NCBI GenBank assembly: GCA_963700635.1
Contig: CAVOYH010000001.1
Coordinates: forward strand, 64,001-128,000
Direction: 5' to 3'
Length of the DNA: 64,000 bases
Origin: an uncultured Bacteroidota bacterium
GTDB lineage: Bacteria; Bacteroidota; Ignavibacteria; UBA10030; UBA6906
The translations under genes and the position numbers were made by a program. Shown here piece by piece: positions 29,501-37,795 of the stretch. The first letter of the stretch is position 1; each line of letters opens with the position of its first letter. The notes beneath the pieces are model-generated. The model was not told the DNA's origin and ran no database searches. It saw nothing but the letters and a program-made list of their open reading frames with translations.

Positions 29501-32500
29501 ATTGCAGACGCTTGCCATGACCCTGACGGGAACCCGGTTCATAAACGGGGTGACGACGGTATCGCTCGGAACGGGCATTGCCGTGAATTCAACTCTTGTA
29601 CAGAGCCAGACAGAAGTGCTTATCGGTTTTGTGATCGATTCGAGTGCCGTGCTCGGCCCGCGCTCCGTTACGGTGTCCAACCCGGCTCCGGGTGGAGGAT
29701 CTGCTCAGCTGCTGGATGCGTTTACCGTAAACAATCCGCTTCCAACCATTACAACCCTGGCTCCCGAGAGCACCCTTGTCGGCGGCGCAGGTACGTCACT
29801 GCAGGTGAATGGAACAAATTTTGTACCCGGATCGGTGGTCCGGCTGGGCGCGTTGTCCCTGTCAACCGCTCTGGTAAATCGGACACAGCTGACGGCAACG
29901 ATTCCCGCAAGCGAAATCGACACCGCACGGTCCTTGTCCGTGTCCGTGTTCAACTCGACGCCGGGAGGAGGAGTTTCCAATACGCGGACGTTTACTGTCC
30001 GTAATCCCGCGCCGTCCCTTGTCAGCATTACACCCTCCACCGGAAGTCGTTTGCAGACGCTGAATGTGGTGTTCGACGGTACAAACTTTGTCCCCGGAGT
30101 ATCCACCGTCAGCTTTGGTGGGGAGGACATCCAGGTCAACAGCATCACCGTGACTACGGCCGAACGTTTGACCGCCAACATTAGCATTCTTTCGACAGCT
30201 GTTATCGGACCGCGTGATGTCTCGGTCATCAATCCATCTCCCGGTGGAGGAATCTCAGCCAAACGTACATTCACGGTAGCCGACAATCCGGTGCCAACGC
30301 TGACGACGGTAAATCCCGCGAGTGGGCCCCGGCTTGGGCGTGTTGATGTCATCGTGTCAGGCTCAAACTTTATTAACGGCGTTACGTCGGTGGATTTTGG
30401 CCCGGGTATCATCGTCAACCAGACCACCATCAATAGCGCGGTCCAACTGACCGCCACCATCACGATCGGTATCGCTGCGGCCACCGGTCCACGGTCTGTC
30501 ACGGTTATTAATGCGGCACCGGGTGGCGGGAGCGCGACAAAACCGAGCGGGTTTGCCGTGTTGAATCCCGGGCCCACACTCTCGTTCCTTCTCCCCACCA
30601 ATGCGCAACAACTCCAGCGGTTGAACATCGTGTTTGATGGAACCGGCTTCATCGACGGCGTGAGCACGGTGAATATGGGAACAGGGATCACCATCAACGC
30701 GCAGACGGTTGTCAGCGATACGCAGATTACGGCAGACATCACGGTAACAGAAAATGCCGCTACGGGTCCCCGTGACGTCTGGGTGATAAACCTGTCACCG
30801 GGGGGAGGCTCAGCTGTCCTGACCAACGGGTTCGTTGTGGGGAACAACCCCGGACCGCGGATTCTAAGCGTGACGCCCGCAACCGGGAAGCGTCTGGAGA
30901 CAATTGATCTGGTGATCCGGGGGGAGAACTATGTCAGCGGAGTAACATCCGTTGATCTTGGCACGGAGGTGATGGTCAACTCCGTCACGGTGGACAGCTC
31001 GACGCGTCTAACGGCAAACATCACCGTCAGGGCCGCAGCTTCCACCGGTGCACGCACCGTCTACGTGACGAACGCGCCTCCCGGCGGAGGCAGGGACAGT
31101 ATTCTCTCAGGGTTCACCGTGACCAATCCTCTTCCGACCCTGACCTCGGCGACACCATCGGGAGCGACACGGTCACAGACGTTAAATGTGGTTCTCCGGG
31201 GAACAAACTTTATCGGTCAGGCAACATCTGCCAATTTTGGGGCAGGCATCGCCGTGAACTCCGTTACCGTTGACAGCGCGACGCGGATCACGGCCAATAT
31301 TTCCGTTGATGCCGCTGCGACTCTCGGGGCCCGAAATCTCGTCCTCTTTAATCCACTTCCGGGAGGAGGCAATTCAACCCCGATCGCGTTCACTGTTAGC
31401 CTTGCACCGCCGCCCACACCAACCCTGCGGCATCCGGGAAACACCCAGCCGAATCTTCCGACCACGTTTACTGTCCGGTGGGATTCTTCTGCGGGGGCGA
31501 CGAACTATCATCTACAGGTGTCTGTGAGTTCGCTGTTTCTCAGCACGGCCGTTGATGATTCTACAATTACAACAACATCGCACAAAATCGGCCCGCTGTT
31601 GAACAATACAACGTACTACTGGCGTGTCCGGGCAAGAAACAGCGGCGGCACAAGCGCCTTTTCTTCAACGTGGAGTTTTACACCGTCATATCCTGCCGTG
31701 CTGATCCTGAGCTCCTCGGTGCCCTTCCCGAACCTGAATGCTGCGTCCGACTACCTCCCTGCAGATTACCGGTTGATCGGGCTGCCCGGAACCGGTTCAT
31801 CGCTGGTCAGCAATTTCCTGAGCGGCGTGCAGGGAACCGATTGGCAGGTGTATTGGGACAACGGCAACCCTTCAAACTACGCTGTCAAATTCGACGGCGG
31901 TCAGGGGTTTACCTTTTCAACCGGCAGGGCATACTGGTTGATCAGAAAGAACACCTGGACAATCAACGCGTCAGTCGATGCTGCGGTGCTTGACACCGGC
32001 GGCAATGCCGTGGTTCCGTTGCATCGTGGTTGGAATCTTATCACCAATCCGTTCGCGCTTGATGTACCCTGGACGGCAGTGCAGTCGGTGAACGGACAGG
32101 CTGCGCGCGAACCGCTCTGGAACTTCCTGGGGACGCAGGGATTCCAGATATCAACCATTCTGAAGACGTATGCCGGCTACTATTTCTATAATGTGGACAG
32201 TGTTGCCACTCTGTTAATTCCTTACGCCGGCACGTCAGGAGTCCTGAAACAGGTGGACACCGCCTCCTCCGGCTCGTGGGCAGTGGGGATCAGGGTCTCG
32301 ACGGATGCCTACACAGAATCTTCCGCCCGGCTGGGGATCATGTCCGAGGCTGAGGATGGATTGGACCGGTTCGACTACCACAAGCCGCGGACGATGGGCG
32401 CCCTTCCGGGGGTGGTATTTAATCGCCCCGATCTGGACCCCGCCACACCAGCCTTTGTTACAGACATACGCAGGCAGGTGGGGAAAATCGCACGGTGGCC

Positions 32501-33011
32501 GTTTGAGCTCCAGGCCTCCAGGGGAAAAGAGGTACGGTTGGAGTTTGCCGGTGTCGGCTCAGTGCCGACGGAACTGGAAATCTATCTTGTTGATGGAGCC
32601 CGTGCGCGGTATGTCAATTTGAGAGAAGAGCAGACGTATGGTGTCATCCCGATCACCGATCGCTCGATGTTTACCGTCCTGATCGGCGGGCATGAGGCGG
32701 TGACGGCAGAACTTGATGCCGTCATCCCGCACACGTTCGCTCTTGAACAAAATTTCCCCAATCCGTTCAATCCCACCACCACAATTCCTCTGTCAGTTCC
32801 GGTGATGGGAGATGTGACTGTGAAAGTGTACAGCATCCTGGGTGAAGAAGTTCGGACCCTCCACAGCGGGGTGTTGGAGAGAGGACGTCACTGGTTAACG
32901 TGGGACGGGCGGAATGATGCCGGCCGCATGGTGGCAACGGGTATGTATCTGACCCGCCTGACCACGCCTGTCGGCGGAAGCTTTATCATCAAAATGCTTC
33001 TGATGAAATAA
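23502..33011 (+). CDS. Giant (3169 aa) T9SS-sorted repetitive surface protein / putative adhesin
   Basis: Signal peptide (AYA-Q); 7 tandem ~240-aa units; 10 IPT/TIG-like repeats; FN3; GWNLITNPF region; CTD QNFPNPFNP...WDGRN...KMLLMK. Confidence 0.9.
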   Translation: MRMQLHAAATLAIMFIFGATDAYAQATKFVITGSGTQIAGVPQNLTIRADSSGQPATSYTGARKLIFSGATASQNPVTQPTVNDSGGTTRNFGDTTVIRFTNGLATVSASKNGVLRLYKAETATVSVTDGTISSPVPDRLTVVVSAAGVGKFVWSLTSPQLSGAAFTGINTLTAQDSWGNTVTDFSANANNVTITNSLGGTVTGLGTGNNNVLNKTPDFSSGVANLTSLGMIYSGSPGSVTFTATSAGPVATGISSPVTISSGTPQKLVITGQGTQVAGKAQNLTITARDGSNNVASSYAGVKSITFSGAQASPDGDQPSVTSNTGTPVNFGTATNISFVAGIAQVSGSNNGAMRLYTAETATIAATDGTISSSGADRLTVAVSPDSLGKFVFIVSPSQTNNVPFVGADTLIAQDEWGNIVPSFDASQNPVIISPIGLIGRISVGVGRDSILNQVGDFSSGKAILSGKLKYTGLIGTGQFKATSQPSGQAGTSGTVTIVAGEARRLVLGGTGSVGAGVANALTITARDTSGNVATGYTGTKTLGFSGANLSPDGDAPSVTDYQGTEKVFSWTPRNTDITFSSGVATVITGGKNGVMRLRKVEVASIAVSDGSIGTLPGSELSVSVSPAGLRRFSVILTSPQTNGVTFTGVNTVTAIDSFGNIATGFNPISNNVTMTAPGLGGTLSGLGSGGTNVLNQASDFVSGIASVSGKLKYTGITGSSVFTATSQSGRTGSTAGSIVINVGEAKRLVVTGSATQPAGSGRNLTITAKDSSGNTITTYAGDKSLVFSGSGPSANPPTSPTVTNAAGAQVPFGLSTTITFSAGIAQVSGSANGLMRLYRSGTDTIAVSDGLIGSGAGDRLIVTVSADALAKFVVSFTSPQQSGIAFTGDNTIVAQDSFGNTKTDFDASSDNVTVSANALGGVVSGLGSAANNVLNQFSDFVAGTANLTGKLKYTSQVGTTTFTAVNSTSKAGTSGNVQIVAGGATRLVIAGTPTMTAGGVQSLTITARDGSGNTVTSYAGNKSLIFSGADSSITPALPPTVTNSSGAATAFGAATAITFTAGIATVSGSTNGVMRLLRAQTAIISVSDGTISSSGSDRLTVAVSPAALGMFAWTITSPQTNGVAFTGTNTLTAQDDWGNTRTTFDASTTNVTITTTLSGTISGLGSGGINVLNRSNDFVAGVANLTSLGIKYTGAIGSGTLTANGGGKSGISGTLQIVAGGATRLVVRTVSNDSMTTLLAGEIRNLSITARDGSGNIVVSYSGMKQLTFSGADSSSNPATAPTVTNSSGTAIGFGTLTSLTFTNGVAQVSGNSNGVLSLYRAQTATIAVTDGAISSSGTDRLTATVSPGPLAKFSWVLSTPQVNGVAFTGINTLTAQDAWGNAVSSFDASVSNVTLSSSLGGTITGLGTGNSAVMNRATDFAGGIANLTALGMKYTGPFGNGTFTATASGKAGTSSTVAIVAGTASRLVITGSATQTAGAGQNLTITARDTSDNPVATYTGTKTLTFSGANPSTNPLTQPSVTNSSGVAVSFGASTMITFTNGVATVSAGQNGQMRLYKVESALISVTDGTISSTGTDRLSVTVSPGLLGQFAWTLTSPQVNGVNFTGTNTLVAQDNWGNAVPTFDASTNNVSITTVLPGSPGAITGLGTLGNNVLNRATDFVSGLANLTALGLRYTGSAGTGTFTATSATGSKTGVSPAITIDNPAPTIATVTPGEANRSQTIMVAITGTNFRSGVTTVSFGSNVTIDTIVVLSPTQMSVTVSIGAAAALGQRSVSVTNPTPGGGTATLPLAFRVKNIPTLISLSPSIGIRGQTYGVLITGTNFAEGVSSVGILGSNITLNSDTVLNPSTILANITIGGTAVDGVRQFTVTNGGPEGGTSNGVGFTVGNNPVPTLTSITPDTATRLQSLELTIKGTNFYQGISSVSLGSGITVLNTVIDSAKQIRLNVTVTDTAATGPSAVSVINAGPGGGTATLTNGFNVTNPVPTLSGISVQNGSRLQTLAMTLTGTRFINGVTTVSLGTGIAVNSTLVQSQTEVLIGFVIDSSAVLGPRSVTVSNPAPGGGSAQLLDAFTVNNPLPTITTLAPESTLVGGAGTSLQVNGTNFVPGSVVRLGALSLSTALVNRTQLTATIPASEIDTARSLSVSVFNSTPGGGVSNTRTFTVRNPAPSLVSITPSTGSRLQTLNVVFDGTNFVPGVSTVSFGGEDIQVNSITVTTAERLTANISILSTAVIGPRDVSVINPSPGGGISAKRTFTVADNPVPTLTTVNPASGPRLGRVDVIVSGSNFINGVTSVDFGPGIIVNQTTINSAVQLTATITIGIAAATGPRSVTVINAAPGGGSATKPSGFAVLNPGPTLSFLLPTNAQQLQRLNIVFDGTGFIDGVSTVNMGTGITINAQTVVSDTQITADITVTENAATGPRDVWVINLSPGGGSAVLTNGFVVGNNPGPRILSVTPATGKRLETIDLVIRGENYVSGVTSVDLGTEVMVNSVTVDSSTRLTANITVRAAASTGARTVYVTNAPPGGGRDSILSGFTVTNPLPTLTSATPSGATRSQTLNVVLRGTNFIGQATSANFGAGIAVNSVTVDSATRITANISVDAAATLGARNLVLFNPLPGGGNSTPIAFTVSLAPPPTPTLRHPGNTQPNLPTTFTVRWDSSAGATNYHLQVSVSSLFLSTAVDDSTITTTSHKIGPLLNNTTYYWRVRARNSGGTSAFSSTWSFTPSYPAVLILSSSVPFPNLNAASDYLPADYRLIGLPGTGSSLVSNFLSGVQGTDWQVYWDNGNPSNYAVKFDGGQGFTFSTGRAYWLIRKNTWTINASVDAAVLDTGGNAVVPLHRGWNLITNPFALDVPWTAVQSVNGQAAREPLWNFLGTQGFQISTILKTYAGYYFYNVDSVATLLIPYAGTSGVLKQVDTASSGSWAVGIRVSTDAYTESSARLGIMSEAEDGLDRFDYHKPRTMGALPGVVFNRPDLDPATPAFVTDIRRQVGKIARWPFELQASRGKEVRLEFAGVGSVPTELEIYLVDGARARYVNLREEQTYGVIPITDRSMFTVLIGGHEAVTAELDAVIPHTFALEQNFPNPFNPTTTIPLSVPVMGDVTVKVYSILGEEVRTLHSGVLERGRHWLTWDGRNDAGRMVATGMYLTRLTTPVGGSFIIKMLLMK
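23577..28616 (+). repeat. Seven tandem ~720-nt (240-aa) two-domain Ig-like repeats
   Basis: Units start near 23577, 24295, 25008, 25737, 26454, 27168 and 27897. Recurring RLV.TG...NLTITARD.SGN, NG.MRLY, DRLTV.VS, SPQ.NG..FTG.NT..AQD.WGN, NVLN...DF. Confidence 0.85.
28617..31400 (+). repeat. Ten tandem IPT/TIG-like repeats (~92 aa)
   Basis: Recurring NP.PT...V.P...R.Q...V...GTNF..GV..V..G.GI.VN...GPR.V.V.N..PGGG. Confidence 0.85.
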
Positions 33012-33025
33012 GGTTCGGAGGTTTT

Positions 33026-33550
33026 ATGGGTGTGGTGAATTGTCGAAGAAGATTCCTGAGTTGTTTCCTTGCCGTGTTGCTGCTCGTGCAGGGTTTTCCG
33101 ATCTCCCTCCAGGCCGACGATACAACGATTGAGAATGTCCGGTTTGAGATACGGGGCGAACTCGTTAATGTGTTTTATGATCTTAACGCCCCCATTGACA
33201 AGGTCCATGAGGTACGATTGTATCTCAGGAGAGAAAGTGATATGTCATTTCTCTATCGTCCGATGAACACGACGGGCGATGTGGGAACCATCGTCATCCC
33301 CGGTATAGGTCGGCGGATTGTGTGGGATATTACGAAGGAGTTCCCGGCAGGTCCGGTCGGTGACGATTACTATTTTGTTCTGGAGGCAGAGGTTGCCGAA
33401 GTCGAGGGGACGAACCAATGGCTCTGGATCGGCGGAGGCGCGGCCCTGGTCGGCGGAGTTGTGGGCTTGCTCCTGATCAGCGGCGGATCCAAAGATACTC
33501 CCCCTCCGCCGGGAACGTCCGGCTTCCCGGATCCCCCGGGCAGACCGTAG
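33026..33550 (+). CDS. Exported hypothetical protein with C-terminal Gly-rich TM helix and Pro-rich tail
   Basis: Signal peptide; beta-rich domain (VFYDL...TGDVG...PG...RIVWD); WLWIGGGAALVGGVVGLLLI then PPPPGTSGFPDPPGRP; SD ggagg. Confidence 0.75.
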   Translation: MGVVNCRRRFLSCFLAVLLLVQGFPISLQADDTTIENVRFEIRGELVNVFYDLNAPIDKVHEVRLYLRRESDMSFLYRPMNTTGDVGTIVIPGIGRRIVWDITKEFPAGPVGDDYYFVLEAEVAEVEGTNQWLWIGGGAALVGGVVGLLLISGGSKDTPPPPGTSGFPDPPGRP

Positions 33551-33558
33551 GGAGCATA

Positions 33559-34077
33559 ATGATCATCGTACGAATGACGAGCGTCTGTATGAAGAAAGTA
33601 TGTCTGGTGGGATGTTTGCTCCTGGCGGGTCTGGATCTCGGACTCGGACAGGTAGTCACCGGCCGCAGTGAAGCGGGAAAATTGTCCGTTACGGCGCTGG
33701 ATAGCGCAGACCTTCAGTCCGTGCTCAAGGTACGGATGGCAACGTATGATTATGAATTCACGGAGCCATCAGGTGATAATTTTCTCGAACCACGGGAGAC
33801 AGGACGGCTGCGTGTCGTGATCACGAACACGGGAAAGGTCGTGCTTCGCAATATCGTCGCACGTATTATCCCCCTTGCACCACCGACGGATATCAGCTTT
33901 AACGATTCCATCGATGTCGGAGAAATCCCTGTGAATGCAACGCGGTATGCAATATTCCATTTTACCGCAGCCGAAAACGTAAGTTCACAGATTCTGACGT
34001 TTCAGATTGACGTACGCGATCCCCAGGGGAGTATAGCAGATTCGCGGCTCTTTACTTTCCTCACACGAACACGATAA
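33559..34077 (+). CDS. Exported hypothetical protein, CARDB/Ig-like domain
   Basis: MKKVCLVGCLLLAG signal (alternative start 33589); EPSGDNFLEPRETGRLRVVITNTG resembles CARDB-like Ig domains. Confidence 0.65.
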   Translation: MIIVRMTSVCMKKVCLVGCLLLAGLDLGLGQVVTGRSEAGKLSVTALDSADLQSVLKVRMATYDYEFTEPSGDNFLEPRETGRLRVVITNTGKVVLRNIVARIIPLAPPTDISFNDSIDVGEIPVNATRYAIFHFTAAENVSSQILTFQIDVRDPQGSIADSRLFTFLTRTR

Positions 34078-34611
34078 AGGGTTGTGGGCTTGAGATGCTG
34101 AAGCAGAAGTGCTTATGCTGAGGGGGGGAGGGTGCGGTCGCCAGCGGGATGGGGTTATGCGTGGGTGGTTTCTTCGATCCATTTGGCCGTAGCAGATCGC
34201 ATAGTCACATCACGTTCGTTTGCGAAACGAAGGAATAAGACCACAAGTCCGCACATCGAAACGTAACCAACTACCACCAGAGCGATTTCCACGATACCTC
34301 CTGCTTGGCCTACGTAAACACAATGTACACATATCCTGATTCAGATGGAACGAAAAAAATCTCTGCCTCTTGTGCCCGTCCTCCGGGTCGTTCCATGTTG
34401 TCATGACCATGTGTTACAACAAGTGTGCCGGTGGGTTGCCTGAGAGAAAAGTGAGGATTCCGACTCGTCTTCAGTGTTGGCAACCGGGCGACGGTCTCTC
34501 AGTGGATAGAGTGGGCAGTACGTTTCTACAAATTTGACATTCATTCAATTTCTTTGCAATATGATTTGAAATATGCACATTTTTGACATTGGATCAGGGA
34601 TGAGGTGAACG

Positions 34612-36942
34612 ATGAAGACACATGAATCACGCCGGAGCTCAGGGGGGGTGACGCAGGAACGGACGTTTCAGGAGTACCTCGCCGTCATGCTTCGAGGAAA
34701 GTGGATCATCGTCATTACGTTTTTCGTGGTGCTCCTGGCCACACTCTTGTTCACAAAACTTATGGACCCGGTGTACCAGGCGACGGCAAAGGTCCTCCTG
34801 AATCCTACCGAGCTCAGGGGCTCGTTGTTTCTGGATGCCGGACGTGCTGACGGGGTCAAGAACATCGTCCAGAATGAACTGGCGATCCTGGGCTCGCGGG
34901 CGTTGGCGGATTCTGTTGCTGAACGGCTCCGCCGCAAACGGTATCTTGCCGAGGGCAGCCCGGAGATGATTCCATCCGTAATACCCCCAGGCAACATGTC
35001 CACACCCGATAGTCTTGCCCCCCGCGAATTGGTGGCGGGGCGGGTGATCGGGGCCATCGAGTTTGATCCAGTCCGGGATTCGGATATTATTACCATAACG
35101 GCCCGGAGCAAGAACGCCCGGGAAGCGCAGATCCTCGCAAATATTTTTGCAGAGGGCTACCGGGACCGGAACATTTACATGAGCAGGGCGAAAACTCGGT
35201 CATTCCGTGAGTTTCTCGAGGCCCAGGCCAGGGAAAAACGCAAATCTCTGGAGGAAGTGGAGAATTCCCTGCAGGGATACATGGAGAACCAGGGGATTGT
35301 CTCTCTGGATGATGAGTCCAAACGGATGATCGATCAACTGGCTCAACTGGAAGCTCAACGGGACGCGACGGACATCAACCTGAAGGAATTGCAGAACATT
35401 CTGGCTTCCTATTTACAGCAGTTGCCGCAGCAGGAGACGAACGTGGCCCGTGTCGTGGGTGAAGCCAGTGACACCTACATCAAGCAGATGCAGGACCAAT
35501 TGGCCAAGCTGGAAGTGAATCGGGACATGACCGTTGTCCAGAATCCTTCCGCCACCGGACGCGAAATGCTCAACGAGCGGGTAAAAGAAATTGACCAGCA
35601 AATAGCGGCGTTGCGTCTCAAGCTTCAGCGGAGAACAGATGACTATCTTCGCACCCTGACGCCCGCACAGGGGGATGCCGCCGGCTACCTGAAGAATGTC
35701 AAGCAGAAAATAGTTGAAGCAGAGATCACCGTTCAGTCGCTGCAGGCAAAAAAGAACGCCCTCAATGAGGCAATCGCCGAGTACGAGAGAAAGTTCGACC
35801 GTATCCCCGCCAAAAGTGTGCAACTGGCGCGATTGCAGCGGTCCCGGCTGAGTAATGAAAAGCTCTACCTGATGGTTGAGGAAAAGTTTAATGAAGCCAA
35901 TATCACCGAGCAGTCAAATACCGGATATATTGAAATCATCGAGCGGGCGGCAGTCCCGTTCTCTCCTTCGAGTCCGAAGACGCTGGTAAACCTGATGCTT
36001 GGCTCTGTGATTGGACTGTTCCTCGGCGTGCTTCTGGCGTTTGTCAAGGAATACCTGGATGTGCGGGTACAGACGCCGGAAGAACTAAAACGGCGCGGGT
36101 TTGTTCCTTTTGCCCCAATCATGAACATGGACCCGGAAATTGAACGCCTGGGCAGGGGGGACAAGCTTACGGCAAAAGACAAAGCTGTCGACCCGCATCT
36201 GATCACACTGTCATTTCCTTTCTCTTCGATCGCGGAATCCTACCGGCAAATGCGGACGAATCTGCAATTTGCGAGAGTGGGAGAACCCCTGCGCACGTTA
36301 CTGGTGACAAGTCCTGCGCCCGGAGAGGGAAAATCGACCACGGCATGTAATCTGGCCATCGCGTTTGCACAAACAGGGAAGAGAGTCCTGCTTGTGGATG
36401 CCGATCTGCGCCGTCCGACGCTGGATGCGAAGTTCATGCTCAAGAAGGAACCGGGACTGACGGAGTTTGTGACGGGCAAACAGCCGTTGACTGCCGTCAT
36501 CCAGCATACGAAGGTCGAGAATCTCCATGCGATGTGCAGCGGTGAAATCCCTCCGAATCCCGCGGAACTCCTGGGATCAGAGGCGATGCGTGATATCATA
36601 GAGAAGATTTCCCGGCAGTATGATATCGTGGTCTTTGACTCATCCCCGATACTGGCGGTGACGGATGCCGCGGTTGTGTCGACCATGGTCGACGGGACGC
36701 TTGTGGTTGTTTCTGCCGGCAAGACACGCCTTCAGGATCTTGACCAGGCGACCGAACTGTTGGAAGGTGTCGGCGGGAAAGTGACAGGAGTTGTCTTGAA
36801 CAACTTCGATCCCCACCACGCATACGGCGTCTACCGTCAGGGCGGGCGGTACCGGTATTCGTACGGGCAAACATACGAGAACAAAGATCAGAACGGCGAA
36901 CAGGCCCCTGAGGCGAAACCACACGAGTCGGCGGCGGGGTGA
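34612..36942 (+). CDS. wzc: Polysaccharide co-polymerase / BY-kinase (Wzc)
   Basis: Two TMs flanking a coiled coil; ESYRQMRTN; Walker A APGEGKST; VDADLRRP; FDSSP; Tyr-rich tail AYGVYRQGGRYRYSYGQTY. Confidence 0.93.
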   Translation: MKTHESRRSSGGVTQERTFQEYLAVMLRGKWIIVITFFVVLLATLLFTKLMDPVYQATAKVLLNPTELRGSLFLDAGRADGVKNIVQNELAILGSRALADSVAERLRRKRYLAEGSPEMIPSVIPPGNMSTPDSLAPRELVAGRVIGAIEFDPVRDSDIITITARSKNAREAQILANIFAEGYRDRNIYMSRAKTRSFREFLEAQAREKRKSLEEVENSLQGYMENQGIVSLDDESKRMIDQLAQLEAQRDATDINLKELQNILASYLQQLPQQETNVARVVGEASDTYIKQMQDQLAKLEVNRDMTVVQNPSATGREMLNERVKEIDQQIAALRLKLQRRTDDYLRTLTPAQGDAAGYLKNVKQKIVEAEITVQSLQAKKNALNEAIAEYERKFDRIPAKSVQLARLQRSRLSNEKLYLMVEEKFNEANITEQSNTGYIEIIERAAVPFSPSSPKTLVNLMLGSVIGLFLGVLLAFVKEYLDVRVQTPEELKRRGFVPFAPIMNMDPEIERLGRGDKLTAKDKAVDPHLITLSFPFSSIAESYRQMRTNLQFARVGEPLRTLLVTSPAPGEGKSTTACNLAIAFAQTGKRVLLVDADLRRPTLDAKFMLKKEPGLTEFVTGKQPLTAVIQHTKVENLHAMCSGEIPPNPAELLGSEAMRDIIEKISRQYDIVVFDSSPILAVTDAAVVSTMVDGTLVVVSAGKTRLQDLDQATELLEGVGGKVTGVVLNNFDPHHAYGVYRQGGRYRYSYGQTYENKDQNGEQAPEAKPHESAAG

Positions 36943-37484
36943 TGCATATTCGGAACCTACAAAGGAACATTCTCATGTCGTTGCAAAAGGTTCTTCTCAC
37001 CCTTGGTGTCTTCACATGCGTTATGAGCGGCGTCGCTGTGGCGCAGATGGAGACCAATTTGGGTGCGTCACACTCGGGCGCTTCGTCGGCCGCATACTAT
37101 TATATTTCGAAGCCCGGAGAGATCACCATGTCGATCAATCTCTGGGGATATGTCCGGAATCCGGGCCGTTATGAAGTCCCGATTTCTACGGATTTGATCC
37201 AGCTCCTTTCGTACGCGGGCGGGCCGTTGGCTGACGCAGACCTTGGGTCCGTCAAAATCGCGCGTGCCGTCAGGAGGGATGATGCCATTCGAACGGTGGA
37301 ATACACCGTAAATCTACGGCACCTTGACAAACTGGATGAGAAGGCACGCGACATTGAACCGGGTGATACGATTTTTATAGAAGCTCCGTCGTTCACCATG
37401 CGCGACCTGTTCACTGTGTTGACCACGGCGGCAATCATTACGGCTGCGCTGGCAAACGCAGTCATCGCTGCCCGGGGGTTATAG
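36942..37484 (+). CDS. SLBB-domain polysaccharide export protein (short Wza-like)
   Basis: INLWGYVRNPGRY, LLSYAGGP, IEPGDTIFI; C-terminal amphipathic helix. Confidence 0.75.
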   Translation: MHIRNLQRNILMSLQKVLLTLGVFTCVMSGVAVAQMETNLGASHSGASSAAYYYISKPGEITMSINLWGYVRNPGRYEVPISTDLIQLLSYAGGPLADADLGSVKIARAVRRDDAIRTVEYTVNLRHLDKLDEKARDIEPGDTIFIEAPSFTMRDLFTVLTTAAIITAALANAVIAARGL

Positions 37485-37795
37485 CATGTGGTGTGCATTA
37501 CCTTTCTTTTTCGGGGCACTGAGGGGTCGGATTCGGTGACATACCGGCCCCATGCCACGACCCCGCTCCCACTCTCTCACCCAACGCCACGGTCGCTCTA
37601 CACCAGGTCAGCCCGGAGGCCACGCGCACTGCCTCTGCTCTGCGGCTCGCCTCATTGCAGCTCTCCGTGCCCCATAACGCTGGATCCTTCCATGCGTCTC
37701 GTGTACGCGCAGGCTCATCCAGATTGTTCTGATATGCCCCGGGGAGACACGCATGGTGTTCCGGTACCCTTCGCACAACTGAGAGTCAGTGTACC

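Noticed and set aside
23577-31400. Possible CRISPR array or DNA-level tandem repeat
   Set aside because: Repeats are protein-level and degenerate at synonymous sites; no identical repeat-spacer pattern and no cas genes.
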